Shown here one piece after another: positions 28,012 through 40,200 of a stretch of DNA of 64,000 nt. Within the stretch, counting starts at the first letter, position 1, and every line of letters begins with the position of its first letter. The notes under the pieces were generated by a model, which was not told where the DNA came from, ran no database searches, and was given only the letters and a program-made list of their open reading frames with translations. Made by a program: the position numbers and the translations under genes. Source of the DNA: an uncultured Oscillospiraceae bacterium (GTDB lineage: Bacteria; Bacillota; Clostridia; UBA1381; UBA9506); NCBI GenBank assembly GCA_964447945.1, contig CAYUUO010000001.1, forward strand, positions 35,687-99,686, read 5' to 3'.

Positions 28012-31000
28012 ATGAAAAAACTTTTAACAATTCTTTTATCTGTTTTTATGCTGTTGCAAATGGCGGTGTTCCCGGTCATAGCGGCAGACACGGCAAAAAG
28101 CTATGTCTATTATGATTTTGAGTCCGTACCGGCGTCGGAGCATGCCGTCGGTACGCGGACGCACACGGCGCAGAACGGCAAAACGGTGCAAATGACCAAT
28201 GTGGCGGCACGGCTTTACAGGGAATATGCCACGGTGAAAACAATTGACGGCGCACCGGCCTTTTCGCTGGAAAGCAGCGCTGCCATGAAGGTGCAAACCG
28301 TTTCATTTTTGCTGAATTCGGATCAGGAGGCGGATTATTCGCCGACAAACCGCATGGTCTCCCTGCGCTTTCGCTTTACAGCCCAGGCACCTGACCTTGT
28401 TAAGCAGATCTGGCAATCTTTGGCCATTACCTCCAAGGCAACGCTGGAGGGGTATGGCCACACGCTGCCGGCAGAGCTTGCGGCGGATGCGCAGATTTTA
28501 TATTTCTACAGAAATTTCAGCGGTCTGAATTATTCCGTGCCGATTTGCGTCATCACGGCGGATGACTGGCATGAGGTGACCTATTTGTACGATGAGGAGA
28601 ACTGGCAGGCCGTGGATTTATATCTGGACGGCGTTCGCGTTTCCGAACTGCTGGATGGCTCGGCTCTTGCGGGTACCGATCTGATTTACCGGAACAGCTA
28701 CAAATTTCTCCCGATTCAGTTTATTGACGATGCGGCCACCCGTGTTCCGATTATGTCTATCGGGAAGTCATCGGCAGCTACAGACTCTCTGCAGTTCAGC
28801 CGCATACGGTATGAGGGCTACACTGCGGAGCTTGACGGCCTGACAACGAACGTTGACAGCGGTGATAATGCCACGTCCTTCCCTGCAGACGGCACGCTGT
28901 CGGTGCAGTTTACCCACCCCATGAATGCGGACACGCTGGACAATGGCACAGTGCAGCTGCTGGATGCAGAAGGCATGCCGGTTTCCTATGCCGGCGGCGC
29001 CTACGATGCGGCATCCCGGTGCTACACCATTGATTTATCATCAGCTCCCTTGGCCGGGAACAGCGCCTACACCCTGTCCGTTACAACGGCGGTGAAAACA
29101 GTATTCGGTGACGCCCCCACCCAGAGCGCAGAACGCCGCTTTTTCACGGCAGACGGCATTTATGCACAGATTACGGATGTGCAGGCGGCTGCCGGGACCG
29201 TAACGGTTACGGTGGAAAACGTGAGTAATACGGCTCAGAATGTGACGATGTACGGCTCTGCGTATGCAGAGAGAAGCGGCGGACGACTGGCCTCTTTTCT
29301 GGGCAGCCAGGCCAAAACCATCGCCCCAGCCGGCATAGAGCGCTTTACATTTGCGGGCTTTGATCCGGCGCAGGGCTTTGCCAAGTTCTTTATCTGGGAC
29401 GGTATGCAGGTGTTAGGCCGCTGCGTGCGGTTTGACGGCGAGGCCTTCTCCGAGGCGGATGAAACCGCGGAAACCGAGAGAGCGCCGGAAACGGATGACG
29501 GCATCACCCTCGAAACGCCTGTGGTTAATGTTAACACCGGGTTGGTCACGGTGACGGGGTATTACCATGACTTGCCCAAGCGTTCCGTATCGGTGCTGCT
29601 AAAAAATATGGCAGAGGATCAGGTTTTATATACTGAGCAGTGCATGACGGACAAAAACGGTGCGTTTATCCTTACGATGGTCATGCCGCAGGGAACAACG
29701 GCGGGGGCCTATCCGATTTATTTGCAGGCCGGCGCTATGACAGAGCCTGTGAGAAAAACGCTGGAGCTTGACTTCACAGCGGCTGAGCCTGCCGTAACGG
29801 ATCTTTCTGTGAGCGGAACAGTCTTTGTCGGCGAGCCGGTTGCGGCGCAGTATGTCTATACTCATATGGCGGCGGTTGACGAGGGCGATTCCGAAATCAT
29901 TTGGTATGCCGCCGACACAGCCGACGCCCCCTTTACGGAGGTGATTCCCGGTGCAACCGGCAAAACGCTGAGTCTGCCGGAGGCCTATGCTTACCGGTAT
30001 ATTGGCTATCAGGTCACGCCAAAGACAATCGGCGGCGTAACAGGCGAGACAGTGACCTCCGGCGCCTTTCGGGTTTATGCCAGACCAACTGTCACCGGGG
30101 TGACCCTGCAGACGGAAAACGGCGCACTGGTGGTTAATTATTCCTACAGCCATATTAGGGGCTACGGAGAAAAGAATCATCGGTTCCAATGGTTTAAATC
30201 CGCTGCGGCAGACGGCGATTATACGGAAATCAGCGGTGTTGACTCGGCGCGGTATCAGCCGGCGGCGAGTGACAGCGGTTCCTATTTTAAAGTGATTATG
30301 ACGCCGGGAGCGGATGTTCCGGCGGATGAAGCCGCTGCGGCTTACGGTAACCCTACGGAAAGCACTGCCTGTCTTTGGAAGGGCGGGAGCAGCACAGGCG
30401 GCACAACCGGCAACAAGAACACCGGCGCCACCGGACGGGGCGGCGGAAGCAGTACACCGGTGAGCGGCAAGCCGTCCGATCCTGTTACGCCACCGTCTGA
30501 CGGGAACAAGACATTTTCCGACGTGCCGGCGGATCATTGGGCAAAGGCCGCTATCGACCGACTGCAGGCCATGGGCATTGTCAGCGGTGTTTCCGATAGA
30601 AGCTTCGAGCCGAACCGGCCGGTAACCCGCGCCGAGTTCATTAAAATGCTGCTGTTGGCCATGGGGCTTGCGCCTAAGGCTTATGACGGCTCATTTTCCG
30701 ACGTGACCGCCGACGCCTGGTATGCAGGTTTTGTACAAGCGGCCTACGAAAACGGCCTGGCAGACGGCAGCGACGGCGCCTTTATGCCGGATCAGCGAAT
30801 CAGCCGGGAGGCCATGGCTAAAATGCTGGTAACGGCTTATGAAAATCTCAGGGGCACGGTGGCGGCAGAGACCGCCGGCTTTACAGATCGTGAGGCCTTT
30901 TCCGACTGGGCAGCGCCCTACATTCACAAGGCTGTGGCCGCGGGACTGATGCAGGGCATGGATGACGGCAGCTTTAACGGCCGGGGCGCGGCTGACCGGG

Positions 31001-31065
31001 CTCAGGTTGCGGCTGTGATTGCCAGATTTTACGATGGCGCTGTGAAAGGAGGAAACAGCCAATAA
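28012..31065 (+). CDS. Surface protein anchored by three C-terminal SLH repeats, with ConA/LamG-like and Ig-like modules
   Basis: The RBS aaaggaga precedes the ATG at 28012, and there is a signal peptide. The three SLH repeats are FSDVPADHWAKAAIDRLQAMGIVSG..., FSDVTADAWYAGFVQAAYENGLADG... and FTDREAFSDWAAPYIHKAVAAGLMQG.... Confidence 0.8.
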   Translation: MKKLLTILLSVFMLLQMAVFPVIAADTAKSYVYYDFESVPASEHAVGTRTHTAQNGKTVQMTNVAARLYREYATVKTIDGAPAFSLESSAAMKVQTVSFLLNSDQEADYSPTNRMVSLRFRFTAQAPDLVKQIWQSLAITSKATLEGYGHTLPAELAADAQILYFYRNFSGLNYSVPICVITADDWHEVTYLYDEENWQAVDLYLDGVRVSELLDGSALAGTDLIYRNSYKFLPIQFIDDAATRVPIMSIGKSSAATDSLQFSRIRYEGYTAELDGLTTNVDSGDNATSFPADGTLSVQFTHPMNADTLDNGTVQLLDAEGMPVSYAGGAYDAASRCYTIDLSSAPLAGNSAYTLSVTTAVKTVFGDAPTQSAERRFFTADGIYAQITDVQAAAGTVTVTVENVSNTAQNVTMYGSAYAERSGGRLASFLGSQAKTIAPAGIERFTFAGFDPAQGFAKFFIWDGMQVLGRCVRFDGEAFSEADETAETERAPETDDGITLETPVVNVNTGLVTVTGYYHDLPKRSVSVLLKNMAEDQVLYTEQCMTDKNGAFILTMVMPQGTTAGAYPIYLQAGAMTEPVRKTLELDFTAAEPAVTDLSVSGTVFVGEPVAAQYVYTHMAAVDEGDSEIIWYAADTADAPFTEVIPGATGKTLSLPEAYAYRYIGYQVTPKTIGGVTGETVTSGAFRVYARPTVTGVTLQTENGALVVNYSYSHIRGYGEKNHRFQWFKSAAADGDYTEISGVDSARYQPAASDSGSYFKVIMTPGADVPADEAAAAYGNPTESTACLWKGGSSTGGTTGNKNTGATGRGGGSSTPVSGKPSDPVTPPSDGNKTFSDVPADHWAKAAIDRLQAMGIVSGVSDRSFEPNRPVTRAEFIKMLLLAMGLAPKAYDGSFSDVTADAWYAGFVQAAYENGLADGSDGAFMPDQRISREAMAKMLVTAYENLRGTVAAETAGFTDREAFSDWAAPYIHKAVAAGLMQGMDDGSFNGRGAADRAQVAAVIARFYDGAVKGGNSQ

Positions 31066-33770
31066 TGAAAACAAATATCGGAACAAGAAAAAGAATTTTT
31101 ACATGGCTCCTTACCGCTATTCTCGTGCTGGTCACAGTAGCCTTTCCGGGGGTGCTGGCCGCCGGGGAGGCGGACAGCGCCCCAACAGAACAGCTGATGC
31201 TGTTAGAGGCGCTGGGCATTGCGTCCGCGGATAGCTATAGCCCGGCGGCCGGCCTGACTAAAGGCGAAATGGCAGGCTATCTGTACCGTCTGGCCGGAGC
31301 GCCGGAACCGCCGGCAGACGCGGAAACCGTTGTGTTTTCCGATGTGCCGGCAGGCAGCGACAACGCCGGTGCCATCAGCTATTTAAAAATTATGGGCGTT
31401 TTAAGCGGCGATGACACCGGCGCCTATCATCCGGAGCAGCCGGTTACCGGCGTGCAGGCCGTTAAGGCTACAGCTGCCCTTTTAGGCTACGGGCCGCTGG
31501 CGGAAAACTATGGCGGTTACCCCGGCGGCTGGCTGCGGGCGGCTAATCAGAACAAGCTGCTCCGCGGGCTGACGGCAACCGATCAGGTGATTACGCAAGC
31601 GGACTTTTTCCGCCTGATGTATAACGCATTATTTGCAAAAAGCCTGACGGCAACGGTGATTTCTGCAAAGACAGAATATGAATACAGCGATGATATGTTT
31701 ATGTATGAGGCTCATGATGTTTATGAATACACCGGTCGGGTAGAGGCAACGGAATATACCGGTCTTTACAGTGTGGCATCCAAGGCGCCGGCCGGCCGGG
31801 TTGTTATTGGCGGTACGAACTTTACGGCAGGGCAGGATATGTTCCATTATATCGGCATGACGGTTACCTGCTATGCCCGGGAAAATCAGGCGGGCGGCCC
31901 GGACAGCATTTTGTATGTTCTGCAAAACGCGGATTACGAGCCGCTGGTGGTGCAGGCGGCCGATATTCTGTCCGATACCGATAAGAGCACACTGCACTAC
32001 TACGACACGGAGCGGGATAAAACAGACACCATGGCCATATCCCGCGGCGCCGCTGTCTTTTATAACAATGTATTTTATTGTGAAATCAACCGGCTCTCCC
32101 TGTCGGAAATCCTGCTGCGGGACGAAAACGGGCTGCCGCTGGATGCGCAGCTCACCTTAGCGGATGCCGACAATGACGGCACGGCGGATATTGTCAAAAT
32201 CCTGCAATATGAAATTGTCACGGTGGACAACGTCAATGCCGATGAGGGGCTGGTCAGTGATAAATATACCGGCAGCGTTTATCGGCTGGATACAGAAAAC
32301 AGCAGCAAAATCTGCCGTTTGTACCGGGACGGCGAGCTGATCCCGGTGTCGGATTTAAAAACCTGGGACACAGTTTCGCTGGCGCGCAGCAAGGATGAAA
32401 CCGTTATCTTCGGCTATGCTTCGGTGGCGCTTGCCAAGGGCGTCATTGAAAGCGTTTCGGAGGCGGACTGTCAGGTGACGATTGACGGCCGGGTCTATGA
32501 CTATAGCCACTATTTCAAGAAGCTGCTGGACAACGGTAAGCTGCAAAAGCCGGCGGCCGGCCAAACGGTTAGCCTTCTGCTGGATATTTTCGGCAATGTT
32601 GCCTGCTATCAGCAGGGTAGCACCGCCCAAAACCAGTATGGCTATCTGGTGGCGGCGAAGGATGGGCAGGGCTTGTCCACGGAACTGCAGTTCAGGCTTT
32701 TTACCACAGCGGATACCTTTGAAGTGTTTGACGTTGCCAGCCGGATTAAAATCAACAATGTTACTTACAAGGAGACTGACTGGAAACAGTGCAGCGCCAT
32801 TTATCACACGGCGCTGATTCCCCAGATGGTTCGCTATACGCTGAACGAAAAGGGTGAGCTGCACAAAATGGAAACGGCAGACGACACCTATGTGAACACC
32901 AATAAGGGCTCTAATTCCCAGCGTTTTTCTCTGGACTTTGATGTGTCGCGGATGACCACGGGCCGCACCTATCGCTGGAAGTCAACCGGAAGCGTCAGCG
33001 GTGAATACCTGCTGCCCGGTTCTGCAATTTTGTTCGGGATTCCCGACAATGTCGCCAATGAGGATGATTTTTATTGTTCCACGCCGGCGCAGCGGCTCAG
33101 CAATGATGCCACGGTGCCCGGACTTAAGCTGTATGACTGCACAGAGTATAAAACCGCCGCGGTAGCTGTTCTGCCCGCATCCAGCGGCAGTGAAAATTTC
33201 AATGGTATGCCGGCGGTGATTACAAAAGTCGTGCAGGCGGCTAACGATGCAGGCGATACCGTTCGGCGGGCTTACATTTTGCAGGAGGGGAAGGAATCTG
33301 CGCTGGATGCGGCTGATGCGGAGCTGCTCCGTGGCTTTGGCACGGGAGATGCCTTTAAATTTAACACAAACAGCCGCGGTGAAATTAAATCGATTGCAAG
33401 CAGCGACACAGCCCGATTCCATTACGAGGGCGCGGCCAGCCGCCTGTTCGGCAGTGACTTTTCAGATAACTACGGCGCGGGTTCAGCGAATTTTATGGCA
33501 TTTGTCATTCCCTACCGTGTTTCCAATGATACGCTGGAGGTTACCATTAACCCCGCGCTGACGGCAACGGGCGCCGCGGAAACCCGGGTGTATCAAGGCA
33601 GCAAGGCGCTGGAGAGCGGCATTTATGTGCTGAATACAAACACCGGTGCGGTCCGTAAGGGTACAAGAGCCGATATTAAGCCGATGGCCAGCTATGGCGC
33701 GGAGAATGCGTCCCGCATGCTGATCACGGGTACCTATTACGGTTTGAGCATGATCGTATTGTATGAATAA
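31065..33770 (+). CDS. Surface protein with N-terminal SLH-like repeats; paralog of the truncated gene at 3..2354
   Basis: The start overlaps the upstream stop (TAATG), which suggests translational coupling. It has a signal peptide, an SLH-like repeat (VFSDVPAGSDNAGAISYLKIMGVLSGDDTGAYHP) and the paralogy blocks noted for feature 3..2354. Confidence 0.75.
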   Translation: MKTNIGTRKRIFTWLLTAILVLVTVAFPGVLAAGEADSAPTEQLMLLEALGIASADSYSPAAGLTKGEMAGYLYRLAGAPEPPADAETVVFSDVPAGSDNAGAISYLKIMGVLSGDDTGAYHPEQPVTGVQAVKATAALLGYGPLAENYGGYPGGWLRAANQNKLLRGLTATDQVITQADFFRLMYNALFAKSLTATVISAKTEYEYSDDMFMYEAHDVYEYTGRVEATEYTGLYSVASKAPAGRVVIGGTNFTAGQDMFHYIGMTVTCYARENQAGGPDSILYVLQNADYEPLVVQAADILSDTDKSTLHYYDTERDKTDTMAISRGAAVFYNNVFYCEINRLSLSEILLRDENGLPLDAQLTLADADNDGTADIVKILQYEIVTVDNVNADEGLVSDKYTGSVYRLDTENSSKICRLYRDGELIPVSDLKTWDTVSLARSKDETVIFGYASVALAKGVIESVSEADCQVTIDGRVYDYSHYFKKLLDNGKLQKPAAGQTVSLLLDIFGNVACYQQGSTAQNQYGYLVAAKDGQGLSTELQFRLFTTADTFEVFDVASRIKINNVTYKETDWKQCSAIYHTALIPQMVRYTLNEKGELHKMETADDTYVNTNKGSNSQRFSLDFDVSRMTTGRTYRWKSTGSVSGEYLLPGSAILFGIPDNVANEDDFYCSTPAQRLSNDATVPGLKLYDCTEYKTAAVAVLPASSGSENFNGMPAVITKVVQAANDAGDTVRRAYILQEGKESALDAADAELLRGFGTGDAFKFNTNSRGEIKSIASSDTARFHYEGAASRLFGSDFSDNYGAGSANFMAFVIPYRVSNDTLEVTINPALTATGAAETRVYQGSKALESGIYVLNTNTGAVRKGTRADIKPMASYGAENASRMLITGTYYGLSMIVLYE

Positions 33771-33782
33771 GGTGGGAACGCT

Positions 33783-36700
33783 ATGAAAAAGCTAGCTATG
33801 AATCAAATACTGTCTGTTTTGCTTGCCTTGCTCCTGTCCCTCGTCCCGGTTGCCCCGGCAACAGCGACGGATACCTATAGCGACATTGCGGGGCATTGGG
33901 CCGAGGCAGATATTCTTTCCCTGTCGGCACGGGGGATTATTGAGGGTGTGGGGGATGGTCTGTTTCTGCCGGCGGGGACGGTGACCCGGGCAGAGTTTCT
34001 GGCTCTGGTCGTCCGTGCCTTTCAGCTGAAGGAAAATTCGGAAACGCCGGACTTTTCCGATGTAACACAGGCCGACTGGTTTTACAGCACGGTGGCTGCC
34101 GGGGGCAGTCTGATTCCGGAAGCCATGACGCCGGGAGGAAGGCTTTTGCCCGATCAGCCCATAACTCGTGAGGAAATGGCGGTAATTTTGTCCGGCGCTG
34201 CCGGCGGGACGGATAGTGCAGACCTGACCTATACAGACAGGGCAGATATTTCAGACTGGGCGCTGGCCGCTGTGCAAAATGTCACAGCCCAAAGCCTTAT
34301 GAAGGGCAGCGAAGGGCAGTTCATGCCCCGGGGTCTGTCCACCAGAGCGCAGGCAGCGGCGGTTTTAAACCGCGCCGTGCCGGCGCCGGCAGCAGAACCG
34401 GACGTGAAGGCAATTTTGGCGGGACATGATTTTTCTAATCTGCCGGTTTCCACCCCGGAGGGCCGTGCGGCCTATCCGGCGGCAGATATTGATGTGGATA
34501 TCCGCAGCGTGGAAACGGAATTTGGCACGTTGCCCGCAACAGAGGAGGAGTTTGCCCGGCGCTTTCCCATCAGTCAGCAGATGCGGCCGATAGCAGATAT
34601 GAAATATATCAGCGGCGTGGGCATGCTGGCCTATTTTGAAGAAGGCGGCCCGCGGGAGGTCTATATCCGGCGGGAAGCTGCGGCGCAGCATAACCCGGCA
34701 ACCACCCGGTTTAAGCAATTCTGTACCGCCCGGGTCATCGATCCGGACGGCGAGGTGGTTTGCTATTACGATTTTTCCGAAAAGGATCTTTTGGATGACG
34801 CCGTTGTTTTCCGGGTGCCGGAGGGCAAGGCAGGCATTTACCAAATTTCCTATAAAAACGGGCAGAACAATGTGGACGATATCACCATCGGTCTGCCGGA
34901 AAGCCGTGCCTGGGCTATCCGCGGCGAGCCGTCCCTGTGCTTCACGGAAAAAACAGCGAAGGAATGGTATTTGTATGTTCCCAGAACCTCCAAGCACGTG
35001 GTGGTGTTTACCCGGGGCAGCCAGAAGGCGCAAATCGACCTTTATGATGAAGCTGGTACGCCTTTTTCCAAGGATACGCAGGCGCCTTTAAAGAACTTTG
35101 ACATTACGGTGAACAAAACCGATGTTGTTTGGAAGCTGGTGTTTTCCGGTACAGAGAATGCGGCTGTTACCTTTGAACGGGGCGTGCCACAGATTTTGTG
35201 CCCCACGGAGGAAATGGCCCGGTTTTTAAAGGGCAACACCCGGGAGGCGGAGGGGCTTTTGGTATCCGGTGATTTACAGGCGCAGGTCCGGGAAATTGCC
35301 TATAGCATGAAGGATCATAATTTTGATGTGGATTTAACCTTTTTAGAGGATATTCCCGAGGACGTTACGGAATACGACATTGAAAATCTTATGTTCGGCG
35401 TCTACAGCGGTTTAGGCTGCCTCAGTGAAGAAACGCTGAAAAACCAATGCCTGGATCCGACGCATCCCTATTACGGCGGTACGAACACCGACGGCATAAA
35501 AATCACAGAATATGACACCTGGGAGGATTTTGAGCCGCCTCGCCGCTGGTCGTTAACCACGGCGGCCTCCTTAGCGGCTATGAGCAGCATTCCCACCAAG
35601 CTGAATGCGGCCTATGGCAACAGGGCGCTGATCGATCGGGCGGTACTGAATGCCTTTTGCCATTTCGCCTCAATGGACAATCAGTTCCTGATTCGGGAAA
35701 GTAACGGATCCCCCAACCAGTTTTGGCCCAGTGAGCATTCCTTCTTTATTTATCCTTCGCTGGCTACCTGCTATAATTTGCTGAAGGATAAAATTGACCC
35801 GGAAACACAAAAGGTATTCCGCCGGGCACTGATTTTGGTAGGGGACAACCTGGCGAACAACATAAACTCTCAGACGAATCAGTGGAGCGAGTCGATTATG
35901 GGGCATTTGGAAACCTACCTTGCCACCGGCGAGAAACGGTTTTTAGAGTATTATGAGCGGCATGTCGCCGCCATAACGAGTGATAATGTAGACCGGGCGA
36001 CAGGCTCCTACGGTCAGCATCCCGCCGGCTATTTCATGGAGAATCACGGGCCGGAGGGAAGCTATCAGGAGCTTTCCATGCATAAGGTGGTGGGCAGCTT
36101 TCTGTATTATAAAAATCTGCCGGAGGCAAAGCCCGAGCTTGTGGAAAAGCTTACGGACGCTATTGACCGGGCGGTGACCTTTGAAAGCCTGTTCTGGCTG
36201 CCCCAGCCAAACGGTGCGCTGGTGTCGCCAAACGCCTTAAACACCCGTAGCACTATGATGCTGAGCAATCAGGGATATCCCGGCTTTACCATGGCGGCGA
36301 CGGTTAACCCGCTGGCAGCCAAAGTGCTGGAGCTCTTGCCGGTCACACCGGAAAACGTCGGATCGGTTGCCACCATGCCCCAGGGCGGTTTGAATAAGCC
36401 GGATGTATCGAAATCCAACATTTTGCAGGGACTGGCCGGCAAAAACAACAGGTGGCCCTCAAGAGTCGGCTTTAACGGGTTTTTTATTCCCATGGTGTAC
36501 AACGCCTACCGCCAGCCGGAACGCGTGGCGGCCGCCGGCACCGCGCCGGTTCATGAAACCGATAAAATATGGGATCTGCAGGGATTGATGGCCTTTAAGC
36601 GGGGCAAGCTCTACGGCATGACCTACTATGACAGCTACTGCACAAGTCCCTATGCAGCCTATCCGGCGGCCAGAAGTCCGCTACCCTTTGTGCTGTGGAC

Positions 36701-37223
36701 GGAAAAGCTGGGCGCTGTGGTGCTGGCCATGAACAACAAAAATATTGCTGAGTCGGAGCGGCCCCAGATGGGCTATTCCGGCGTGATGCTGCAGCGTGCG
36801 GACGGCAGCTGGGTTAAAACGCAAAAGGAAAACAGTACCTTTCGATGGATTAAGGAAGGCTATGAATATGTGGCCGAGTGCGCGCTCCCAGAGGTAAACG
36901 GCAGCATGAAGGTGCGCGGAAAAATCACAGCTGCCGGGTTGTCTTTGTCGGTCACGGTGTCTGCCGCGGATCCGCTGCAGAGTGCCTGGCTCAGTCTGCC
37001 GATTAATATGATGCTGGAGGACGCGGTGGTTACTGGGCCGGAAAACGGCAGTTTTACCTTTGCGGCAAACGGTGAAACCCTCCATATTGACTACCCGGAG
37101 ACAGCCAACGCCTATTTTGACGATTTTGTGATTGATTCGGGGACAACACCAAAGATCAGGGCGCTGAAAATTGAACTCCCCCTGTATAATCGGCCCCTTA
37201 ATCTAAACTTCCATGTGGAGTAA
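33783..37223 (+). CDS. SLH-anchored (three N-terminal repeats) large protein of an unrecognised family; candidate glycan-active enzyme
   Basis: The RBS aaggtggg precedes the ATG, and there is a signal peptide. The SLH repeats are YSDIAGHWAEADILSLSARGIIEG, FSDVTQADWFYSTVAAGG and YTDRADISDWALAAVQNVTAQSLMKG. The remaining ~900 aa match no motif I can name, but they are clearly paralogous to 37235..40459. Confidence 0.7.
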   Translation: MKKLAMNQILSVLLALLLSLVPVAPATATDTYSDIAGHWAEADILSLSARGIIEGVGDGLFLPAGTVTRAEFLALVVRAFQLKENSETPDFSDVTQADWFYSTVAAGGSLIPEAMTPGGRLLPDQPITREEMAVILSGAAGGTDSADLTYTDRADISDWALAAVQNVTAQSLMKGSEGQFMPRGLSTRAQAAAVLNRAVPAPAAEPDVKAILAGHDFSNLPVSTPEGRAAYPAADIDVDIRSVETEFGTLPATEEEFARRFPISQQMRPIADMKYISGVGMLAYFEEGGPREVYIRREAAAQHNPATTRFKQFCTARVIDPDGEVVCYYDFSEKDLLDDAVVFRVPEGKAGIYQISYKNGQNNVDDITIGLPESRAWAIRGEPSLCFTEKTAKEWYLYVPRTSKHVVVFTRGSQKAQIDLYDEAGTPFSKDTQAPLKNFDITVNKTDVVWKLVFSGTENAAVTFERGVPQILCPTEEMARFLKGNTREAEGLLVSGDLQAQVREIAYSMKDHNFDVDLTFLEDIPEDVTEYDIENLMFGVYSGLGCLSEETLKNQCLDPTHPYYGGTNTDGIKITEYDTWEDFEPPRRWSLTTAASLAAMSSIPTKLNAAYGNRALIDRAVLNAFCHFASMDNQFLIRESNGSPNQFWPSEHSFFIYPSLATCYNLLKDKIDPETQKVFRRALILVGDNLANNINSQTNQWSESIMGHLETYLATGEKRFLEYYERHVAAITSDNVDRATGSYGQHPAGYFMENHGPEGSYQELSMHKVVGSFLYYKNLPEAKPELVEKLTDAIDRAVTFESLFWLPQPNGALVSPNALNTRSTMMLSNQGYPGFTMAATVNPLAAKVLELLPVTPENVGSVATMPQGGLNKPDVSKSNILQGLAGKNNRWPSRVGFNGFFIPMVYNAYRQPERVAAAGTAPVHETDKIWDLQGLMAFKRGKLYGMTYYDSYCTSPYAAYPAARSPLPFVLWTEKLGAVVLAMNNKNIAESERPQMGYSGVMLQRADGSWVKTQKENSTFRWIKEGYEYVAECALPEVNGSMKVRGKITAAGLSLSVTVSAADPLQSAWLSLPINMMLEDAVVTGPENGSFTFAANGETLHIDYPETANAYFDDFVIDSGTTPKIRALKIELPLYNRPLNLNFHVE

Positions 37224-37234
37224 AGGAGAAGGCA

Positions 37235-40200
37235 ATGAAAAAATATCTTTCCCTGTTCTTTCTTGCACTATGGCTTTGCGTACAAGTACCGGTGAGCGCC
37301 CAGAGCGGGGCGCTCACTGCAAAAGGCGGCTTTACCAGCCGCCTTTTATCCCGTTCGGGCTGTACTTTTCAAGCCGATATCAGCAATCCTGCCGGCGGCG
37401 AAGCAACGCTGCTGCTGATTTTTGCCAGCTACGCGGGCAGCCGTTTGCAGCAGGCGGAGGTGCGCACAATAACGGTGAACGGAACGGCAACGGCGGTTTC
37501 GGAAACGGGTGTGCCGGCTGACGCGGATACTACGCGGCTTAGTGCCTTTTTGCTGGATGATCTCACCGCGGTATCGCCCTTGTGCCGGGATGATGGCGTT
37601 TTTACGGACTATGAGCCGATTACAAATGACTACGGCAAAAGCAATTTGGTCACCGAAACAGCTGCGGCAACAGAAGCCGACCGGGCGGCCTTTACTTTGT
37701 TGCCGACACTGTCCTCCGGTGCCGATCAGGCAGTTGTCAACGGTCTGGGTGTTTTGGGCCTATTTCCCGAGGGCGGCCCCGGCCGGATTTACTGTAAGAT
37801 GGAAAAGCGTCTTGGCGCCACGGCAGTGCGCTATGAGCAATTCCGCACCCTTCGCGTGATTGCGCCGGACGGCGAGATTGTTTGCTATTATGATTTTTCA
37901 GAGTCGGCCGACAGCTTAGAAGAGCTGATTTTCACAGTGCCGTCAGGCCCGGCCGGTATCTGGACGGTGTCCTACACCGGCGGACAGAGCACCGGGGATC
38001 TGCTCACGGTGGGTCTGCCGCCGACTTGTGAGGCCTGGGGTGTCCGTGGCGAAATGAAGCTGGTATTCCCCACGGGACGGGCGGCCTCCACCTGGTATAC
38101 CTATGTGCCCCCAACCTCAACGTCCTGCGAAATTGAGACCGGCGGCTACAGCGGTGGCATTCAGCTGTATTTGCCTGCGCAGGATGCGGGGCAGGTGAGC
38201 CACGTACCAACAGCCGCCGAGGAGGAAGCGGCTGCGGCGGCAGGAGAGCCTCTGACTGAGGTGGCGCTGAAGGCCCAGCTTGTATGGGGCGAGGCAGCGG
38301 CAGATGGCCGATGCCGTTTGGATAAGCAGGATTCAACACAATATGGGCGATACTTTGATTATCGCCTTTCCGGATATACGCCGGACAGCGTTTGGAGAAT
38401 TGAAGTATCCGGCGGTGCATCGGTGGGCATGAGCAGCCTGTTGTTTGCAACGGGCATCCCTGGCCTTTTATGTCCAAGCGAGGCATCGGCACGGCTCCTT
38501 GCCGGCGGTACGGCCAGAAGCCGGGACGGCCGGCTGTTGGGCGGCGCTTATCAGGCGCAGGTGCGGGACGCCATGCTGCAGCACAAGGATGACGATTTAT
38601 CCGTACAGTTGTCGTTTCCCACATCCATTCCGGCAGAAATCAGTCCGGAGGACTACGACACAGAGGCGCTGCTTTATGGCCGGTACGGTGGATTGACGAC
38701 GCTGCTGCCCGGCCTTGAGAAGCAAAAGCTGGATTCTGAAAGCCTGTATTACGGCGCTTTTCCCGACGCCAACGATTTAAGCAATGAACAGGAAATTGAG
38801 AATTTTTGCTACGGAGGCCGATATGCCATGCATGCCACGGCGGCTTTGGCCGCGGTGGCCGGGGTGCCTGCAAAGCTGAACCCGGGCTATCATAACGAGG
38901 CGCTGGTCACCCGCAGTATGTTGGCATCCTTCTGTCATCTGGCGGCATTGGCGCCGGATTATCTGCTGCGGGAGAAAATGACGCCCCGGGGGAATTTCTA
39001 CCCCATGACCCATGTATTTTTTGTCTATCCCTCGCTGGCTGAGGCCTACGGCTTGCTCAAGGATCAGATCAGCCCGTCAGAGTCTGTTTTGTGGCGGCGC
39101 GGCCTGCTTCTGCTGGGGGATAAGCTGGCTAACTATATATCATCAGAGACCAACCAGTGGAGTGAAATCATTTACGGACATCTGCTGGTTTACCGGGCAA
39201 CCGGCGAGGAGCGGTTTCTCCGATATTTCGAGCGGGCGGCAGAGGCCATCACCCATGATAACCTGCATTGCAATGGCTCCATGGGTCAGCACAGCGCCGG
39301 ATATTATCTGGAGGAGCGGGCGCCCAGTGGCTCTTATCAGGAGCTGTCACTGCACAATATTGCGGCGGCCTATTTGATATATCGGGCAATGCCGGAGGCA
39401 AACAGCTCTCTTACAGCCGCTCTTTATGACTCCATCCGGCGAGCAGCTGTTTACGAAAGCCTGTATTGGATTCCGAACGCGGCGGGGCAGCCGGTTTCGC
39501 CCACCTCCATGAATCTGCGGGCGCCTACAGGGATGATGTCCAACTGTGGCTATCCCGGTATGTTTCTGGTGGCATTGGCAGTTCCGGAGGCCAATGGACT
39601 TTTATCCCTGTTGCCCTACAGTGCAGAAAATTACGGCTATGCCACCACAATGTCCCATGTCGCCCTGCATAATCCGGCAGTAGCGGAGCAGGTGATTCTC
39701 TGGGGTCTCGGTCAGCAGGGTACGGTTCCCTACGGTCTCAGCGGACAATGGACGCCACGTCTCTATGAGGGTTATGCCCTGACAGAGGGGATTACAGAAA
39801 CCGTAACGCCGCCGGTTCGCACCCATGCCGGTGTGTGGGATTTAGACGGTATGCTGGCGATTAAGAAGGACGGCTGGTATCTCCTGACCCATTATGCTGC
39901 GCCGGCAACCGGGGGCTCTCTGCGCAGCGGCCTCCCTGCTGCCGTTTGGCGGGAAAGCTTTGGTGCGGCTGTTTTGTCCATGCATATTTCAACGGACGCG
40001 CCGGATTACGGTCAGGCGGCATATAGCTGCTTTACGGCGGAAAAGGCAGACGGTACTGTCTGTCGCACAGCGCTGGAAAACGGTACTCTGACAGCCCGGA
40101 CGGACAGCGGCTATCAGATTACCCAGCCGCTGGAGGGGATTGGTACGGTGTGCTATACGGTAGAGATTGTTGACGAAACCCGGATGACAGTGACTGTTAC